From: Octopus sinensis
Taxonomy: Eukaryota
Direction: 5' to 3'
Assembly: GCF_006345805.1 (NCBI RefSeq)
Contig: NC_043011.1
Span: 62,074,464 to 62,138,463 of the forward strand
DNA length: 64,000 nt
The notes below the pieces were generated by a model. That model was not told the origin of the DNA, searched no databases, and saw only the letters and a program-made list of their open reading frames with translations. Positions within the stretch are counted from its first letter, which is position 1. Every line of letters starts with the position of its first letter. Of the stretch, positions 63,356-64,000 are shown one piece after another. The translations under genes and the position numbers were made by a program.

Positions 63356-64000
63356 GATTAGCAAGCTGGCCAAACTGTTAGCATGCCTGACAAAGTGTGC
63401 TGAGCAACATATACCTTCAGAGTTCAAATTCCATCAAATTTGATGTTGCCTTTCATCTTTTTGTGTCAAATGAAATGAGTACCAGTTGAATACTGGGGTC
63501 GGTAACCCCATTACCCAAAATTCCTGGCCTTGTGCCTCAAGTAGAAAGAATTGTTATTATTATTATGATCATTATTATTATTAGTATTATCATTACGACA
63601 AGGCAATACCCCAGCATGGCTGCAATCTAATGACTGAAACAAGTAAAAGAATTATTATTGTGATTATTATTATTACTAGTACTACTACTACTACAAAGCA
63701 GTGCCCCAGCATGGCCACAGTCTAATGACTGAAACGAGTAAAGGAATTATTATCATCATCATTATTATTATTATTATTAAGTGGCATTTCGTCTGTCTTT
63801 ATATTCTGCATTCAAATTCCACCAAATTCCTTTTGGGGTCAATAAATTAAGTACCAGTGATATATTGGTGTGAATGTAATTGACTAGTCCCCTCCCCAAA
63901 ATTTCAGGCCTTGCACCCTTAGTTGATAGGATTATTATTATTATCTTTATTATCATAGTAACTGTAGTACTTGCTGAAGGTCTTGTTGACAATTGGTGGT

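Overview
AT-rich, microsatellite-saturated eukaryotic genomic DNA. The repeat landscape looks like a coleoid cephalopod, most likely Octopus; this is an inference from repeat style, not a database match. One clearly supported host gene: a + strand orphan class A (rhodopsin-like) GPCR. Its coding exon 1 is 45503-46342 and exon 2 is 48148-48271; the C-terminal exon(s) are unresolved. It has a non-canonical HKY in place of DRY, no aminergic Asp3.32 and no opsin Lys7.43. Most of the rest is transposon debris: a 5'-truncated, frameshifted RTE LINE (1-2548, -), many RTE 3' tails, CR1-like and R4/Dong-like LINE ends, several tRNA-headed SINE families, mariner, maT (DD37D), hAT and Helitron pieces, and Penelope-like element (PLE) remnants. 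The most notable unannotated signal is a set of about 7 type I hammerhead-ribozyme motifs in PLE-derived or short non-autonomous repeats. Three keep the full CUGANGA/GAAA/NUH core (6984-7056 +, 18825-18870 -, 58575-58666 +); the others carry substitutions or deletions. Nearly all other ORFs in the track are translations of microsatellites or repeats. No CRISPR, rRNA or intact tRNA genes were seen. Repeat boundaries were read by eye and are approximate.
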